A stretch of DNA of 63,790 nucleotides, filler included, from Octopus bimaculoides (Eukaryota), in NCBI RefSeq assembly GCF_001194135.2. It is 6 parts of 6 records of this genome, joined end to end, with 100 filler letters (N's around TTAATTAATTAA, not from the genome) between each part and the next. Parts side by side here need not be neighbours in the genome. Positions count along the whole stretch, not along the records: positions 23,284 to 30,995 come from NC_068990.1; positions 31,096 to 41,887 come from NC_068981.1; 4 more parts are not named here. One strand, written 5' to 3'. The position numbers and the translations under genes were made by a program. Within the stretch, counting starts at the first letter, position 1. Every line of letters begins with the position of its first letter. Of the stretch, positions 23,626 to 35,970 are shown one piece after another. The notes under the pieces were generated by a model that saw nothing but the letters and a program-made list of their open reading frames with translations, had not been told where the DNA came from and did no database searches.

Positions 23626-24043
23626 TCTTTTACTCTTTTACTCTTTTACTTGTTTCAGTCATTTGACTGTGGCCATGCTGGAGCACCGCCTTTAGTCGAG
23701 CAAATCGACCCTAGGACTTATTCTTTGGAAACCTAGTACTTATTCTATCGGTCTCTTTTGCCGAACCGCTAAGTTACGGGGACGTAAACAGACCAGCATC
23801 GTTTGTCAAGCGATGTTGGGGAGACAAACACAGACACAGAAACATATACACACACACACATATATATATACACATATATACGACGGGCTTCTTTCAGTTT
23901 CCGTCTACCAAATCCACTCACAAGGCTTTGGTTGGCCCGAGGCTATAGTAGAAGACAATTGCCCAAGGTGCCACGCAGTGGGAATGAACCCAGAACCATG
24001 TGGTTGGTAAGCAAGCTACTTACCACACAGCCACTCCTGCGCC
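23626..24043 (-). mobile_element. SINE family A (CORE-type, OR2-like), full length
   Basis: Minus strand GGCGCAGGAGTGGCTGTGTGG (A box)...GGTTCATTCCC (B box)...GTGGCACCTTGGGCAA (CORE-like)...(TA/TG)n...AAACAAGT(AAAAGAGT)n. Confidence 0.92.
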
Positions 24044-24246
24044 TATAATGTAAAATAAATATTTCGATATGAGAGGCAAATATACGCATTGAGACAATAC
24101 ATATTCAGCGATATTCAGATCATATAAATTTGTACATACAGGGTCGGATCGTCGCATCAGAGGCGTTGGAGAAGCCCGAGTTAAAATCTAAATGTTCAGT
24201 GTCGCCCTCTCTCAGGAATCTCAGACATCCATGTTCGAGTTTATTG

Positions 24247-24894
24247 ACTCGTGTCGATGAGATGTACCTAAGAGAGGCAACTCTGAACGAACTGATAAAG
24301 CTTACAGCTTTATATATAATTCAGCCAACACATTAACTGATTTACGCCAGTAGATCGCCCGATCGAGAAAAATATCCGAGTAATTGCGCTAAGCAGTGTA
24401 TACGTATAATTACAATTTAGGTTAGTTGAAAATCAGTCAATGTGTTGGCTGAAGTATATATAAAGCTATAAGCTTTATCAGTTCGTTCAGGGTTGCCTCT
24501 TAGGTACATCCCATCGACAAGAGTTAAACGGCTTATAAACACCTTCCTCTCTGCAATTGTTTTTGTTTCAGCACACGATCTCAGATCAGGTCAGTTGTTA
24601 TGAAAGTACATCTCCGTTATATATATATAGCAAAGAACCTGATCTGAGATGGTGTGCTGAAACAAAATCAATTGCAGCGTAGAAGAAGTTTATAAGCCAT
24701 TTTAAGAACCATAAAAGAAATCGTTAGATTCACTTCAACATTTAAATTTAATTTGTGTCAAAATAATTTTCATTGACAAAACTTCATGCTGCATCTCGGA
24801 TGCAGTACGAAGTTTTGTCAGTGAACGGGTCGCGGTTTCAAAGCAAGTAAAATATTTTGACACATATTCAATTTAAATGTTGAAGTGAATCTAA
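24247..24894. repeat. Three consecutive long inverted repeats, probably Penelope-like pLTR arrays
   Basis: 24247-24343 / 24430-24524; 24530-24590 / 24638-24698; 24724-24765 / 24853-24894 with an inner hairpin at 24774-24820. Confidence 0.85.
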
Positions 24895-24947
24895 TGGTTT
24901 ATATATATATATATATATAATGTACTTATATAACATATACAAATAAA

Positions 24948-25342
24948 TACCACGTGGTTTAGAAGCTTGCTTTGAAAGTTTGTAACCACATGGCTTCGGG
25001 TTCCACGCCACCTCGGATGTTTTATTACTATAATCTCAGGCCAACCAATACTTTGTGAGTGAATTCGGTAGATGGAAACTGTGTGGAAGTCCGCAATATG
25101 TATACATATATGCGTGTGTCTGTATGTGTGTGTGTCAGTGTCTTTATGTCTGTATTTGTCTTCTCACACCGCATGATAACTTGTATTGCTTTGTTACCTC
25201 CTCATAACCTAGCGGTTTGGTAAAAGAAGTACCACACTTTAGAAATAAGTACAGGGACAGATTTCTTTCGGCTAAAAACACTATAAGGTGGTGTTCTAGC
25301 TTGGCTGCAGTCCAGTGATTGGGACAAGTAAAAGATAAAAGA
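24948..25342 (+). mobile_element. SINE family A, old diverged copy
   Basis: AACCACATGGCTTCGGGTTCC...GGTAGATGGAAACTG...GGTGGTGTTCTAGCTTGGCTGCAGTCC...GACAAGTAAAAG. Confidence 0.75.
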
Positions 25343-25731
25343 CATAAATATCATGTGTGTGTGTGTGTGTGTGTGTGTATTAATTGTTGATGTCATAGTA
25401 ATCCATAAACTTTCGAGAGAACGTGAAATAATTCGTTCTTGGAGAAAAGGCTGCGAGGTATCTCATATAAATCTATAAATAATAGCCAGCAAATATTGTG
25501 TAGAAAAGTCCTTTGGATAGAAAAAAGTCGATGGTTGCTCGTGGGACTGGAATCCACATCTAATATAGACATGCCACTGACTATATTCTAAGCGGAAAAA
25601 AAATCAGGAAATTATTATTTCTCTAGAAATTTTGCAAATTCTTATGACATCAACATACAATTCACGCTTGTAAGAATATATATATATACACACATATATA
25701 TATGCATATATATTTGTATATATGTATATAT

Positions 25732-25734
<3 letters not shown>

Positions 25735-25826
<92 letters not shown>
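25735..25826. repeat. (TA)n microsatellite
   Basis: Direct reading. Confidence 0.95.
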
Positions 25827-25828
<2 letters not shown>

Positions 25829-26438
25829 TCATGTGTGTGTATTTATATATATTCATGATTGTATGTATTTATGCATATATTACTGATATTTAGATATATA
25901 TGTTAATAGTTTGATAGATAGATACTGATTTGTATAAAGCAGCATGCGTGTGTGTGTCGCCTACTATCTGTCATGATGGGTGTCAGTTTGTGTGTTCGTG
26001 TATGTGTGTGTGTGTGTTTGCGTCTGTGAGTTTGTGTGTGGACGTATGTAGACATATGTATGCCTGCATTGATATATGTATATATTGTGCACTGTATACT
26101 TAAGCTTATATTAGTGTGTGTAAGTGAGAAAGATAGAGACAGAGAAACAGAGAGACAAATGTGGGAATAGAGAGAGAATGACGGTATAAAATATATGAAA
26201 ACATGGCCACACTATATCAATGACAACTGAATGTGACGTTGTCAAATATATATGTCCGTAACTGTCGAACCGATGGTGACAGACCTTGTAAATAACTGTC
26301 ACAACACAAACAATATGGTTTTTCTCTTCAAACTTTCTTTGCTTGAAACAATCACAAAATTCGAGGTCTGCTTTCCCCCTCTCTCTCTCTCTCTCTCTCT
26401 CTCCCCTCTCTCTTCCTTTCTCTCTCTCACTCTCTATA

Positions 26439-26476
<38 letters not shown>

Positions 26477-27124
26477 TCTCTCTCTCTCTCTCTCTNNNNN
26501 NNNNNNNNNNNNNNNNNNNNNNNNNNNNNNNNNNNNNNNNNNNNNNNNNNNNNNNNNNNNNNNNNNNNNNNNNNNNNNNNNNNNNNNNNNNNNNNNNNNN
26601 NNNNNNNNNNNNNNNNNNNNNNNNNNNNNNNNNNNNNNNNNNNNNNNNNNNNNNNNNNNNNNNNNNNNNNNNNNNNNNNNNNNNNNNNNNNNNNNNNNNN
26701 NNNNNNNNNNNNNNNNNNNNNNNNNNNNNNNNNNNNNNNNNNNNNNNNNNNNNNNNNNNNNNNNNNNNNNNNNNNNNNNNNNNNNNNNNNNNNTATATAT
26801 ATATATATATATATGCACGTGTTTGTGTTTGTGTGATTCTGTGTGTGTCTCTGTGTGTATGTGTGTGTGTGTGTCTATCTGTGCGTCTTTGTGTGCGCGC
26901 CTGTGTTTCTAGTTGTGTGTGTGTTTTTTCGTCTATTTATTTTTCATGATGTGTCTGTTTGTATGTATATGTGTATTTGTCCGTTTACCTTTCTAGTTAC
27001 GTATGTCTTATTATCTGTCTATGAATTTATCACAATCTGCCTGTTTATGTATTCAAGTTTATCAGTATCAAAATTCTTCAGTTACAATCTGTCTTATTTG
27101 GTGTCCTTATTTATGTAGTTCTCA

Positions 27125-27164
<40 letters not shown>

Positions 27165-27211
27165 AAGAGAGAGAGAGATGGGGGAGAGAAAGAGATAAAC
27201 AGACGGAAAAG

Positions 27212-27212
<1 letters not shown>

Positions 27213-27276
<64 letters not shown>
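27213..27276. repeat. (GATA)n microsatellite
   Basis: Direct reading. Confidence 0.95.
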
Positions 27277-28224
27277 TACATACATGTATATATACGTGTG
27301 TGTGTGTGTGTGCGCGCGTGCAAGTAGTATTTGGGTACGTTCTGGGTATGCATCTAGTAACGGGGCTCTGGCACGGAGTATTCCAGGATTTTAAGGATTG
27401 TGGAGCTATCGCTTAGCCACAATTGTTTCCAGATCAACTCTGAATCGGAGAAATAGCATCTCTCAGGGTTCCAGCAACGGGTCAACTAGCATGAACCACT
27501 GGAAGTGAATGACCCCTTGTTCACGTTAGAACTCATACGAGAATGCAAACACATAAAAAATCTAAAGTGCAGTTGGTTTCTGGTCGTCTCAACGTCTGCT
27601 GTGCTACTAGTTTTATAGCTGATTCGCTGAAAAATTGAGCTTAGTGCTGTGCAAACACTTCATCCGTTCAAAACAAATTCATGGACTCTCGGAATTTTTT
27701 GCATGGATTTACTGAGCTTAAGAAGTGGCCTTAGTCGGTCCCGTATTCATTTCTTCTATGAATTGATTGTATTTTTTTCAGGTAGAGTTCGTGCAGTCAC
27801 AGAAGTATTAAATAAACTCATACGTTGAAAAGCTGTAGAATTTAATAACGCTATATGTGCATAAGCAAAATTATTTCATCGTAAAACAGCCAGCTGTTTT
27901 TGTCAAGGAGTATCCGTTAAGTACGATCGTCTGTAATGTTGATTGCACGCATCTTTGGTTATGACAAAATAATTCTGTTTATCTACGCAAAATTATATAT
28001 ACATACATAAATAGTATATACATACATATATGCACAACTCCTTAACTAATTTCAGCTCGAGAGCTGCAGACACGCTGGAGCACCGCCGTGAGCTTTGCTA
28101 AACCCTTCTAGAAACCTCTTCGCCTACGCAGCATTTGGTGAATGAGGGAGTTTGATGCTACCGCCCCATCTGTATTTCCTGTCGTGAGGTAGGCTCATCT
28201 GGAATATTTGACAGGGGAAGATCT

Positions 28225-28640
28225 AATTTTGTTTTAAAAACACCTGCATCAACACCATGCAGGTCTGTGGGGCTTTTGGGAGGATAATAAAGAGCTTTGG
28301 GCCTTTGAAAGCCAAACTGTTGCAGTATATGGTCTTATATCTTGATGGCGATGTTGGAATCCTTGTGGTGCCGGTTCTGCTGTTTGTGTAACTTTCAATG
28401 CTAAAATTTGGTACAAATCCTTCCAAGATTTTTCAGATGTATATGGCGGCATATCTTTCCCACATCCGTTCTTGGGAGTAGTCACAACTATTTCAGTCTT
28501 TCTCAGTAGCTGGCATGTTGCATTGAGACGATCTTCTTTATGTAGCTTCGCTGCATTGCTTCAAGTTCCGCCGTTAATTTTACACTGTGTGGTCACCATA
28601 GTACGGAGCAGTAGTCCAAGCGGCTGAGGACAATCATGGT
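28225..28640 (-). mobile_element. CR1-group LINE C-terminal fragment
   Basis: LDYCSVLWSPHSVKLTAELEAMQRSYIKKI...YSQERMWERYAAIY...ILEGFVPNF...CNSLAFKGPKLFIILPK (LDYCS..W.P and LYSLERRRERY-like motifs). Confidence 0.85.
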
Positions 28641-28750
28641 TTCCTGTTCTCTCGTTTTGAAAGTTGAAAGGATTCATCTGCCCAGCTGCCTGCATTACAA
28701 TTGTTTCTATCAATCAGGACCATTATTCCTGGATTGTTGTTGTTGTTGTT

Positions 28751-29178
28751 GTTCTTCTTCTTCTTCTTCTTCTTCTTCTTCTTCTTCTTCTTCATCTTCT
28801 TCTTCTTTTTCTTCTTCTTCATCTTCTTCTTCTTCTTCATCTTCTTCTTCTTCTTCTTCTTCTTATTCTTCTTCATCTTCTTCTTATTATTATTCTTATT
28901 ATTCTTCTTCTTCTTCTTCTTCTTTTTCTTCTCTTTCTTCTTCATCTTCTTCTTATTCTTTTTCTTCTTATTCTTTTTCTTCTTATTCTTCTTCTTCTTC
29001 TTCTTCTTCTTCTTCTTGTGCTTCTATTTCTTCTTCTTCTTCTTCTTCTTCTTCATCTTCTATTTCTTCTTCTTCTTCTTCTTCTTCATCTTCTATTTCT
29101 TCTTCTTCTTCTTCTTGTGCTTCTATTTCTTCTTCTTCGTCTTCTTCTTCTTCTTGTGCTTCTATTTCTTCTTCTTCT
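28751..29178. repeat. (TCT)n microsatellite with higher-order variant units
   Basis: Recurrent TGTGCTTCTATT and CATCTTCTATT interruptions; runs into a gap. Confidence 0.95.
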
Positions 29179-30118
29179 NNNNNNNNNNNNNNNNNNNNNN
29201 NNNNNNNNNNNNNNNNNNNNNNNNNNNNNNNNNNNNNNNNNNNNNNNNNNNNNNNNNNNNNNNNNNNNNNNNNNNNNNNNNNNNNNNNNNNNNNNNNNNN
29301 NNNNNNNNNNNNNNNNNNNNNNNNNNNNNNNNNNNNNNNNNNNNNNNNNNNNNNNNNNNNNNNNNNNNNNNNNNNNNNNNNNNNNNNNNNNNNNNNNNNN
29401 NNNNNNNNNNNNNNNNNNNNNNNNNNNNNNNNNNNNNNNNNNNNNNNNNNNNNNNNNNNNNNNNNNNNNNNNNNNNNNNNNNNNNNNNNNNNNNNNNNNN
29501 NNNNNNNNNNNNNNNNNNNNNNNNNNNNNNNNNNNNNNNNNNNNNNNNNNNNNNNNNNNNNNNNNNNNNNNNNNNNNNNNNNNNNNNNNNNNNNNNNNNN
29601 NNNNNNNNNNNNNNNNNNNNNNNNNNNNNNNNNNNNNNNNNNNNNNNNNNNNNNNNNNNNNNNNNNNNNNNNNNNNNNNNNNNNNNNNNNNNNNNNNNNN
29701 NNNNNNNNNNNNNNNNNNNNNNNNNNNNNNNNNNNNNNNNNNNNNNNNNNNNNNNNNNNNNNNNNNNNNNNNNNNNNNNNNNNNNNNNNNNNNNNNNNNN
29801 NNNNNNNNNNNNNNNNNNNNNNNNNNNNNNNNNNNNNNNNNNNNNNNNNNNNNNNNNNNNNNNNNNNNNNNNNNNNNNNNNNNNNNNNNNNNNNNNNNNN
29901 NNNNNNNNNNNNNNNNNNNNNNNNNNNNNNNNNNNNNNNNNNNNNNNNNNNNNNNNNNNNNNNNNNNNNNNNNNNNNNNNNNNNNNNNNNNNNNNNNNNN
30001 NNNNNNNNNNNNNNNNNNNNNNNNNNNNNNNNNNNNNNNNNNNNNNNNNNNNNNNNNNNNNNNNNNNNNNNNNNNNNNNNNNNNNNNNNNNNNNNNNNNN
30101 NNNNNNNNNNNNNNNNNN

Positions 30119-30160
<42 letters not shown>

Positions 30161-30281
30161 GACGAGCTTCTTTCACATTCCTCGGCCCGAGCTTATAGTA
30201 GAAGATACTTGCCCAAGGTGCCACGTGGTTGGGAAGCAATATATGTACATGTGTATGTATATACCTATCTATCTATCTGTC

Positions 30282-30332
<51 letters not shown>

Positions 30333-30812
30333 GTGCTTTATATCTATATACATATTTGTGTGTGATAGTGTGTGTGTGTGTATGTGTGTGTACACATATT
30401 TATTTGTGAATATATATAAAATATACATTTGTGTATATGTATATGTATGTGCATATAAATATATTTATATTATCATAAATATACAAGTACACACGTACAC
30501 ACTCACATGTTCACACACATACGCACATACGCACATACATAATATATATGTGTATGCATGAACGCGTGTGAACGTGTGCGTGAGTATATTTATATAATAT
30601 TTATATGTGCGTGAGAAAAAGCGCGTGTTTCCATCAAGACCTCTATGATACATCGTCTAAGTTGAGGTGTGAACAAGAAAAATAAGTGGACATGTTGCAA
30701 AGGTAATCATATCAGTATGTATTTCAAGTTGAAATATATTAACACTGAATGCTCTTCCTCCTCTCTATATATATCTTTCTCTTCCTTCCCCCTCTGCTTC
30801 TTTCTCTCTCTC

Positions 30813-30862
<50 letters not shown>

Positions 30863-30995
30863 CTCTGTCCCCCCGCTGTCTCTCTCTCACTCTTGGATGT
30901 CTGCCATACATTCTTGACGGATGTTTTCATCTGTCTATCTATCTGTCTGCCTGTCCGTCTGTCTGTCTATCTATCTATTTTCCTATCTATATATA

Positions 30996-31095
30996 NNNNN
31001 NNNNNNNNNNNNNNNNNNNNNNNNNNNNNNNNNNNNNNNTTAATTAATTAANNNNNNNNNNNNNNNNNNNNNNNNNNNNNNNNNNNNNNNNNNNN
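30996..31095. other. Artificial scaffold linker
   Basis: 44 N + TTAATTAATTAA + 44 N. Confidence 0.95.
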
Positions 31096-31188
31096 TGTGT
31101 GTGTGTGTGAAGACAGTTATAACAGTCATAATGAAATGCGAAATTCCTTTTCACTAATGCTTTACGATGCACTCACACATACACACAT

Positions 31189-31246
<58 letters not shown>

Positions 31247-31659
31247 GCATTTAAGAATCTGTAGGTGTTTAAGATGTTTGCTTCGCAACAACGTGATTTT
31301 GGGTTCTGTCCTGCTGCGTAGCCCCGAGACGACCAAAGCATTGGGAGTAAAATTTCATAGACAGAAACTGCACAAAGCTTGTCATGTGTGTGTGTGTGTG
31401 TGTATGCATTTGTGTGTCTGTGCAAATGGCTACCAGCTAATTGACCACCAAACTTTCTCGTTAGCCCCACAAGCCTGAATAGTGCATTCTCAATAATGAA
31501 CTACTTCATTCCATTTTAAAGAATTTTTTAATTCTCTTCTTTGTAAACCGTGTATCGTATCTTTTTATGCAACTTTTTCATATTTTAAACTAATACACAG
31601 CTATTGAAATAAGTGAAAGGCGTGGGGAAGGTCTCTAATGCTTATTTAGTGTACAAAAT

Positions 31660-31736
31660 CAGCACTTCCAACACCTGCAATTTCTGTGATAGAATACCAC
31701 AAGGATCCATCCTCTCACCTACGCTTTTCAACCTTC
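31660..31736 (+). mobile_element. Short non-LTR RT fragment
   Basis: RIPQGSILSPTLFNL, the GxPQGSxLSP motif. Confidence 0.7.
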
Positions 31737-31963
31737 AAGCTGGTAGAAACGTTAGCACGCCGGGCGAAATGCTTAGCTGTACTTCGTCTGCCGTTACGTT
31801 CTGAGTTCAAATTCCGCCGAGGTCGACTTTGCCTTTCATCCTTTCGGGATCGATTAAATAAGTACCAGTTACGCACTGGGGGTCCATATAATCGGCTTAA
31901 TCCATTTGTCTGTCCTTGTTTGTCTCCTCTATGTTTAGCCCCTTGTGGGCAATAAAGAAATAA
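31737..31963 (+). mobile_element. SINE family B with an alternative 3' tail
   Basis: B head and body, then TTAATCCATTTGTCTGTCCTTG...AGCCCCTTGTGGGCAATAAAGAAATAAG. Confidence 0.88.
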
Positions 31964-32290
31964 GATTCATTAAAGGCAAAATATACATTTTTGTTTTTAC
32001 TGCTTTGTCTGCAAGTTTACTTTCAGCATCATCAACAACAACAGTAACTTTCCATTGGTTTTCTGATTGGCGAATCCCATTCTAAAACNNNNNNNNNNGT
32101 TTCGCTGACATACTTGACAAGAAAGGGTAGTTCGACCTTAAACTCGAGACTAGCAGAACAAATGAAAAACAGAACAATACTGCAGACATGTGCTAGTGCG
32201 TGTTATTGTAGTGTGTATTACTATAGTAGAATGTGCCCGAGCTTCTAGGGGACGGTACAGCACTACACCATAATGACATTTGCAGCTATC

Positions 32291-32350
<60 letters not shown>

Positions 32351-32491
32351 GATGATGCTGATGATGATGATGATGATGTTATTGATGATGATTTCTTTTA
32401 TTTGCTACTAGGGCGAAGGCTAAATGGGACAATACAAAGACAGACATAAAGTGTTGGGGTTTACATATAACAAAAAGACGAAAAATGTATG

Positions 32492-32760
32492 TACGAGGTC
32501 TGATCAATAAGTATCCGGACTGTTGCCATAGTAATGAAGCTAAAGCACGCAAAGTGAAGCCGCTTGGCACAGATTAACATTGAACGCTGATGTGCATGTG
32601 CACTAAGTTTTAATGTTCTAGCTCACTTTCACTGTTTACAGCAGTGCTTGGAAGGAAGGTGTGTAGCGTGTGATTGTCGCATTGACCATGACAGATTAAG
32701 TTGAGCAGAGAATCTGCATCAAATTTTGCCAAAAGCTTGGTGATACCTGCTCAGAGGCTG
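32492..32760 (+). mobile_element. Mariner 5' end with transposase N-terminus
   Basis: TACGAGGTCTGATCAATAAGTATCCGGACT terminus; ATG then VEQRICIKFCQKLGDTCSEA. Confidence 0.85.
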
Positions 32761-32980
32761 GTATCGTCAACTTAGCAAAGTTAATAACCCTCACAAACAT
32801 GGCATGCTTTGGTGCTTTTCTAATGAGAAAAACTTCGAATAAGACCAAAAGTGTAACAGAAGAATTGACAATGGTTATGTACAGGATCTTTCTGGTGGGC
32901 CCAAAGTAAAGCGCACTAATTTTTCAGCAATTGCGCTGGTTTTAAGAGTGGAGACTAACAAATGTCGTGTCATACAACAT

Positions 32981-33145
32981 CACATCTTTCCATAGGGTCT
33001 TAAAATTAATGCTTATGGATGCGTTGAAGTTCTGGAGACAGTTGTTAAGCACTGAAGTTTGTAGTGGAAGGCCATAAGCGTTTCAACAAGACTCAGCACC
33101 CCATAAAGCCCATGTAACCCCAGAATGGATGTAAGACAATCTTTA
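32981..33145 (+). mobile_element. maT/Tc1-like transposase fragment
   Basis: HIFP.GLKINAYGCVEVLETVVK...GRP..FQQDSAPHKAHVT; related to 40587-41527. Confidence 0.7.
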
Positions 33146-33157
33146 CAATATTAATTC

Positions 33158-33667
33158 GCGGCTGTGTGTTAAGTAGCTTGCTTACCAACCACATGGTCCC
33201 GGGTTCAGTCCCACTACTATAGCTTCGGGCCGACCAAAGCCTTGTGAGTGGATTTGGTAGACGGAAACTGGAAGAAGCCCGTCGTATATGTATATATATA
33301 TNNNNNNNNNNNNNNNNNNNNNNNNNNNNNNNNNNNNNNNNNNNNNNNNNNNNNNNNNNNNNNNNNNNNNNNNNNNNNNNNNNNNNNNNNNNNNNNNNNN
33401 NNNNNNNNNNNNNNNNNNNNNNNNNNNNNNNNNNNNGTGTGTGTGTGTGTGTGTGTGTGCATATGTTTGTGCGTCTGTTTGTCCCCCAGTATCGCTTGAC
33501 AACCGATGCTGGTGTGTTTGCGTCCCCCGTAACTTAGCGGTTCGGCAAAAGAGACCGATAGAATAAGTACTAGGCTTACAAAGAATAAGCTCTGGGGTCG
33601 ATTTGCTCGACTATAAAGGTGGTGTTCCAGCATGGCCGCAGTCAAATGACTGAAACAAGTAAAAGAG
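33158..33667 (+). mobile_element. SINE family A spanning a gap
   Basis: Head GGCTGTGTGTTAAGTAGCTTGC...GGTTCAGTCCC; tail ...CATGGCCGCAGTCAAATGACTGAAACAAGTAAAAGAG. Confidence 0.9.
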
Positions 33668-33692
33668 TATACCCGACTTAACTTGGTTGTGT

Positions 33693-34020
33693 TGTTAAGA
33701 ACGCCGTAGATTGAGATTATCGTCTTGCTAAAAAAAAAAAAAAAAGCACAGATTATATCACTTGACAAAATTTTGTCTGCACCGAAAGATGGGAGAGTTG
33801 TCTAGCGTGATTTGGTTGACTGATTTTCGATGTGACATTCGGTGCTTGAGTGCTTTTTGCTGATGATGTGTAATTTACACTGATATCACGTGGCATAACA
33901 GTCCCATCATCAGTTCTAACCAAATTTCGTCAACCGATGTAATCTGTGCTCTTTAAGTACCTAACGTCTATACGAGAAGATGTCACAGGACGATAACTAC
34001 AGACTTCGGCGTTCTTAACA
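33693..34020. mobile_element. Solo-LTR-like or inverted-repeat element, 328 bp
   Basis: TGTTAAGAACGCCG ... CGGCGTTCTTAACA: perfect 14-bp TG..CA termini, imperfect to about 35 bp. No matching TSD. Confidence 0.5.
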
Positions 34021-34189
34021 AAATGGACCGTCATGATTCATACGCCTGCTTCTCTCGCAAAAGGTAGCCCATACTTGGTACTGGTCGTGCGTGTGTGTGT
34101 GTGTGTGTGTGTACGCGCCTTCGCAAATATAGATTGGGAACATATGAAACTTCCTTCATTAAAACTTAACCCAGAGCGAATAATAATAA

Positions 34190-34404
34190 TGGTTTCAAAT
34201 GTTGGCACAAGGCCAGCAATTTCGGGGAAGGCATTAAGTCGATCACATCGGTCCCAGTGCTCGACTGATACATATTTTTCGACCCCGAAAGGATGACAGG
34301 TAAAGTCAATCTCGGCGAAATTTGAGCACAGAACGTAAAGACGGACGAAATGCCTCTAAACATTCTGCCCCGTATGCTAAAGATTCTATCAGTTTGCCGC
34401 CTTA
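34190..34404 (-). mobile_element. SINE family B flanked by AAT runs
   Basis: AATAATAATGGTTTCAAATGTTGGCACAAGG...CCCCGAAAGGATGACAGG...TTTGCCGCCTT. Confidence 0.88.
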
Positions 34405-34668
34405 TGGGCAAATGATTGTAATAATAATAAAAGAAGATATTTACAAGGATTAGCTTGCTTTGGACTTAATTTTATCAATATTGTCTCGTGAAATATGATC
34501 ATAATTCTAACATCTAGTCTTACACGAGACGGGATGCTTTAGTCAGTCATCTTTGGTTTTTGTTTTGCTTATTCTGGCTTCCATCCAGTCTTGTCGCTCG
34601 TTGACTGAAATAATCTCAGTAGACCAACACTACTGACAGCAAACGTAAGACATCGGTATAGTGGTTGC

Positions 34669-34730
<62 letters not shown>

Positions 34731-34825
34731 GCATGTATATATGCATATATACACACAGACACACACACACACATATATATGTATATATATTTATGCATAT
34801 ATATATATATATATANNNNNNNNNN

Positions 34826-34889
<64 letters not shown>

Positions 34890-34911
34890 TATATACATAT
34901 ATATATTTACA

Positions 34912-35110
34912 GGCGCAGGCGTGGCTGTATGGTAAGAAGCTTGCTTCCTAGCCACATGGTTCCGGGTTCATCCCCACTGCGTGGCACCTTGGGCAAGTGT
35001 CTTTTACTATAGCCTCGGGCCGACCAAAGCCTTGTGAGTGGATTTGGTAGACGGAAGCTGAAAGAAGCCCATATATGTATATATGTGTATGTGTGTGTGT
35101 CTTTGTGTCT
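34912..35110 (+). mobile_element. SINE family A, 5' half
   Basis: GGCGCAGGCGTGGCTGTATGG...GTGGCACCTTGGGCAAGTGTC...GACGGAAGCTGAAAGAAGCCC. Confidence 0.9.
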
Positions 35111-35149
35111 TCCAACATTTATATATATATATATATAAATAAAAAAAAA

Positions 35150-35390
35150 TGGAATAAGAACGTAATAAACAACAATAAGAACATACGGACAGATAGATGA
35201 TACAAAGACGGACAGGAAAAAAAACAAGGACGGATCATTTGTGGCCTTCTATTCATTAGTCAAGTTTCCAAATTATCATTACAGTTTCGGCCTGTTACAC
35301 TTGAGACTGTTCAAAATTGGCTGGCCCCAAAAATCTAAGCTAAGAGCATTAAATTTTTGGAAGAAGGCAAGCGAATGTGTACAACACAGA
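35150..35390 (-). mobile_element. Copy of the repeat family that forms the 38354-38727 palindrome (Penelope-like)
   Basis: Minus strand TACACATTCGCTTGCCTTCTTCC...TTAGCTTAG...GGGGCCAGCC...GGCCGAAACTG...GATCCGTCCTTGTTTT aligns to 38490-38670. Confidence 0.65.
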
Positions 35391-35930
35391 CAAAAAAAGC
35401 AAAAGAAAAAAAACAAGAACACTGAGAAAATGTTACACGATTACAAATACAAACAACAAAAAAATAACAACAAGTGTCTTTCGACTAATAAGGACGAATC
35501 GAGTTGAGCTGGCGTATGGAGTGAAAACCTCGAGGCACAAACATACATGAAAGCCAGGAGACAGGAAAATAAGGTGCTGTACGAGCGGCGGTCGGGCTAA
35601 GAAAGAAAGATCATACTTGGCTAACACCGGTCACGTGGAAGGAAAAGAGAGAGGTAGTGTGGGCAGAGGGATTGAAGAATTAAAGAAGGGGATCTTTTTA
35701 AAACGGGGGCCACATTTTTCATTAACGAAACACTTTGAAACTTGGAACACTGGTAGAATGTGTCATATAAAACATCTTTTTCTCTTAGTCTTCTTAAAAA
35801 AAAAAAGAAATCCATAAGTTATTCCATGTTAAAGTTGTCGTATTTCTGTAATTTCAACCAATCACTGACGTCCATTCAGCCGATATACATTAAGTGCCGA
35901 CTACATAAACAAACGATTCTGAAACAATTA

Positions 35931-35970
35931 ACCCTAACCCTAACCCTACGGTTAGGGTTAGGGTTAGGGT
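35931..35970. repeat. Telomere-repeat hairpin (CCCTAA)3-(TTAGGG)3
   Basis: ACCCTAACCCTAACCCTA-CGGT-TAGGGTTAGGGTTAGGGT: an 18-bp perfect stem. Confidence 0.95.

Noticed and set aside
23626-24043. tRNA genes suggested by A/B boxes (also at 12031 and 42667)
   Set aside because: The boxes belong to SINE heads; there is no cloverleaf or acceptor stem.
28634-30292. Long poly-E, poly-K, poly-S, poly-L or poly-F ORFs
   Set aside because: A (TCT)n microsatellite plus a gap, with no splice or start context.
35931-35970. Telomere-telomere fusion scar
   Set aside because: A fusion reads TTAGGG then CCCTAA. Here the order is reversed and there are only three units per arm.
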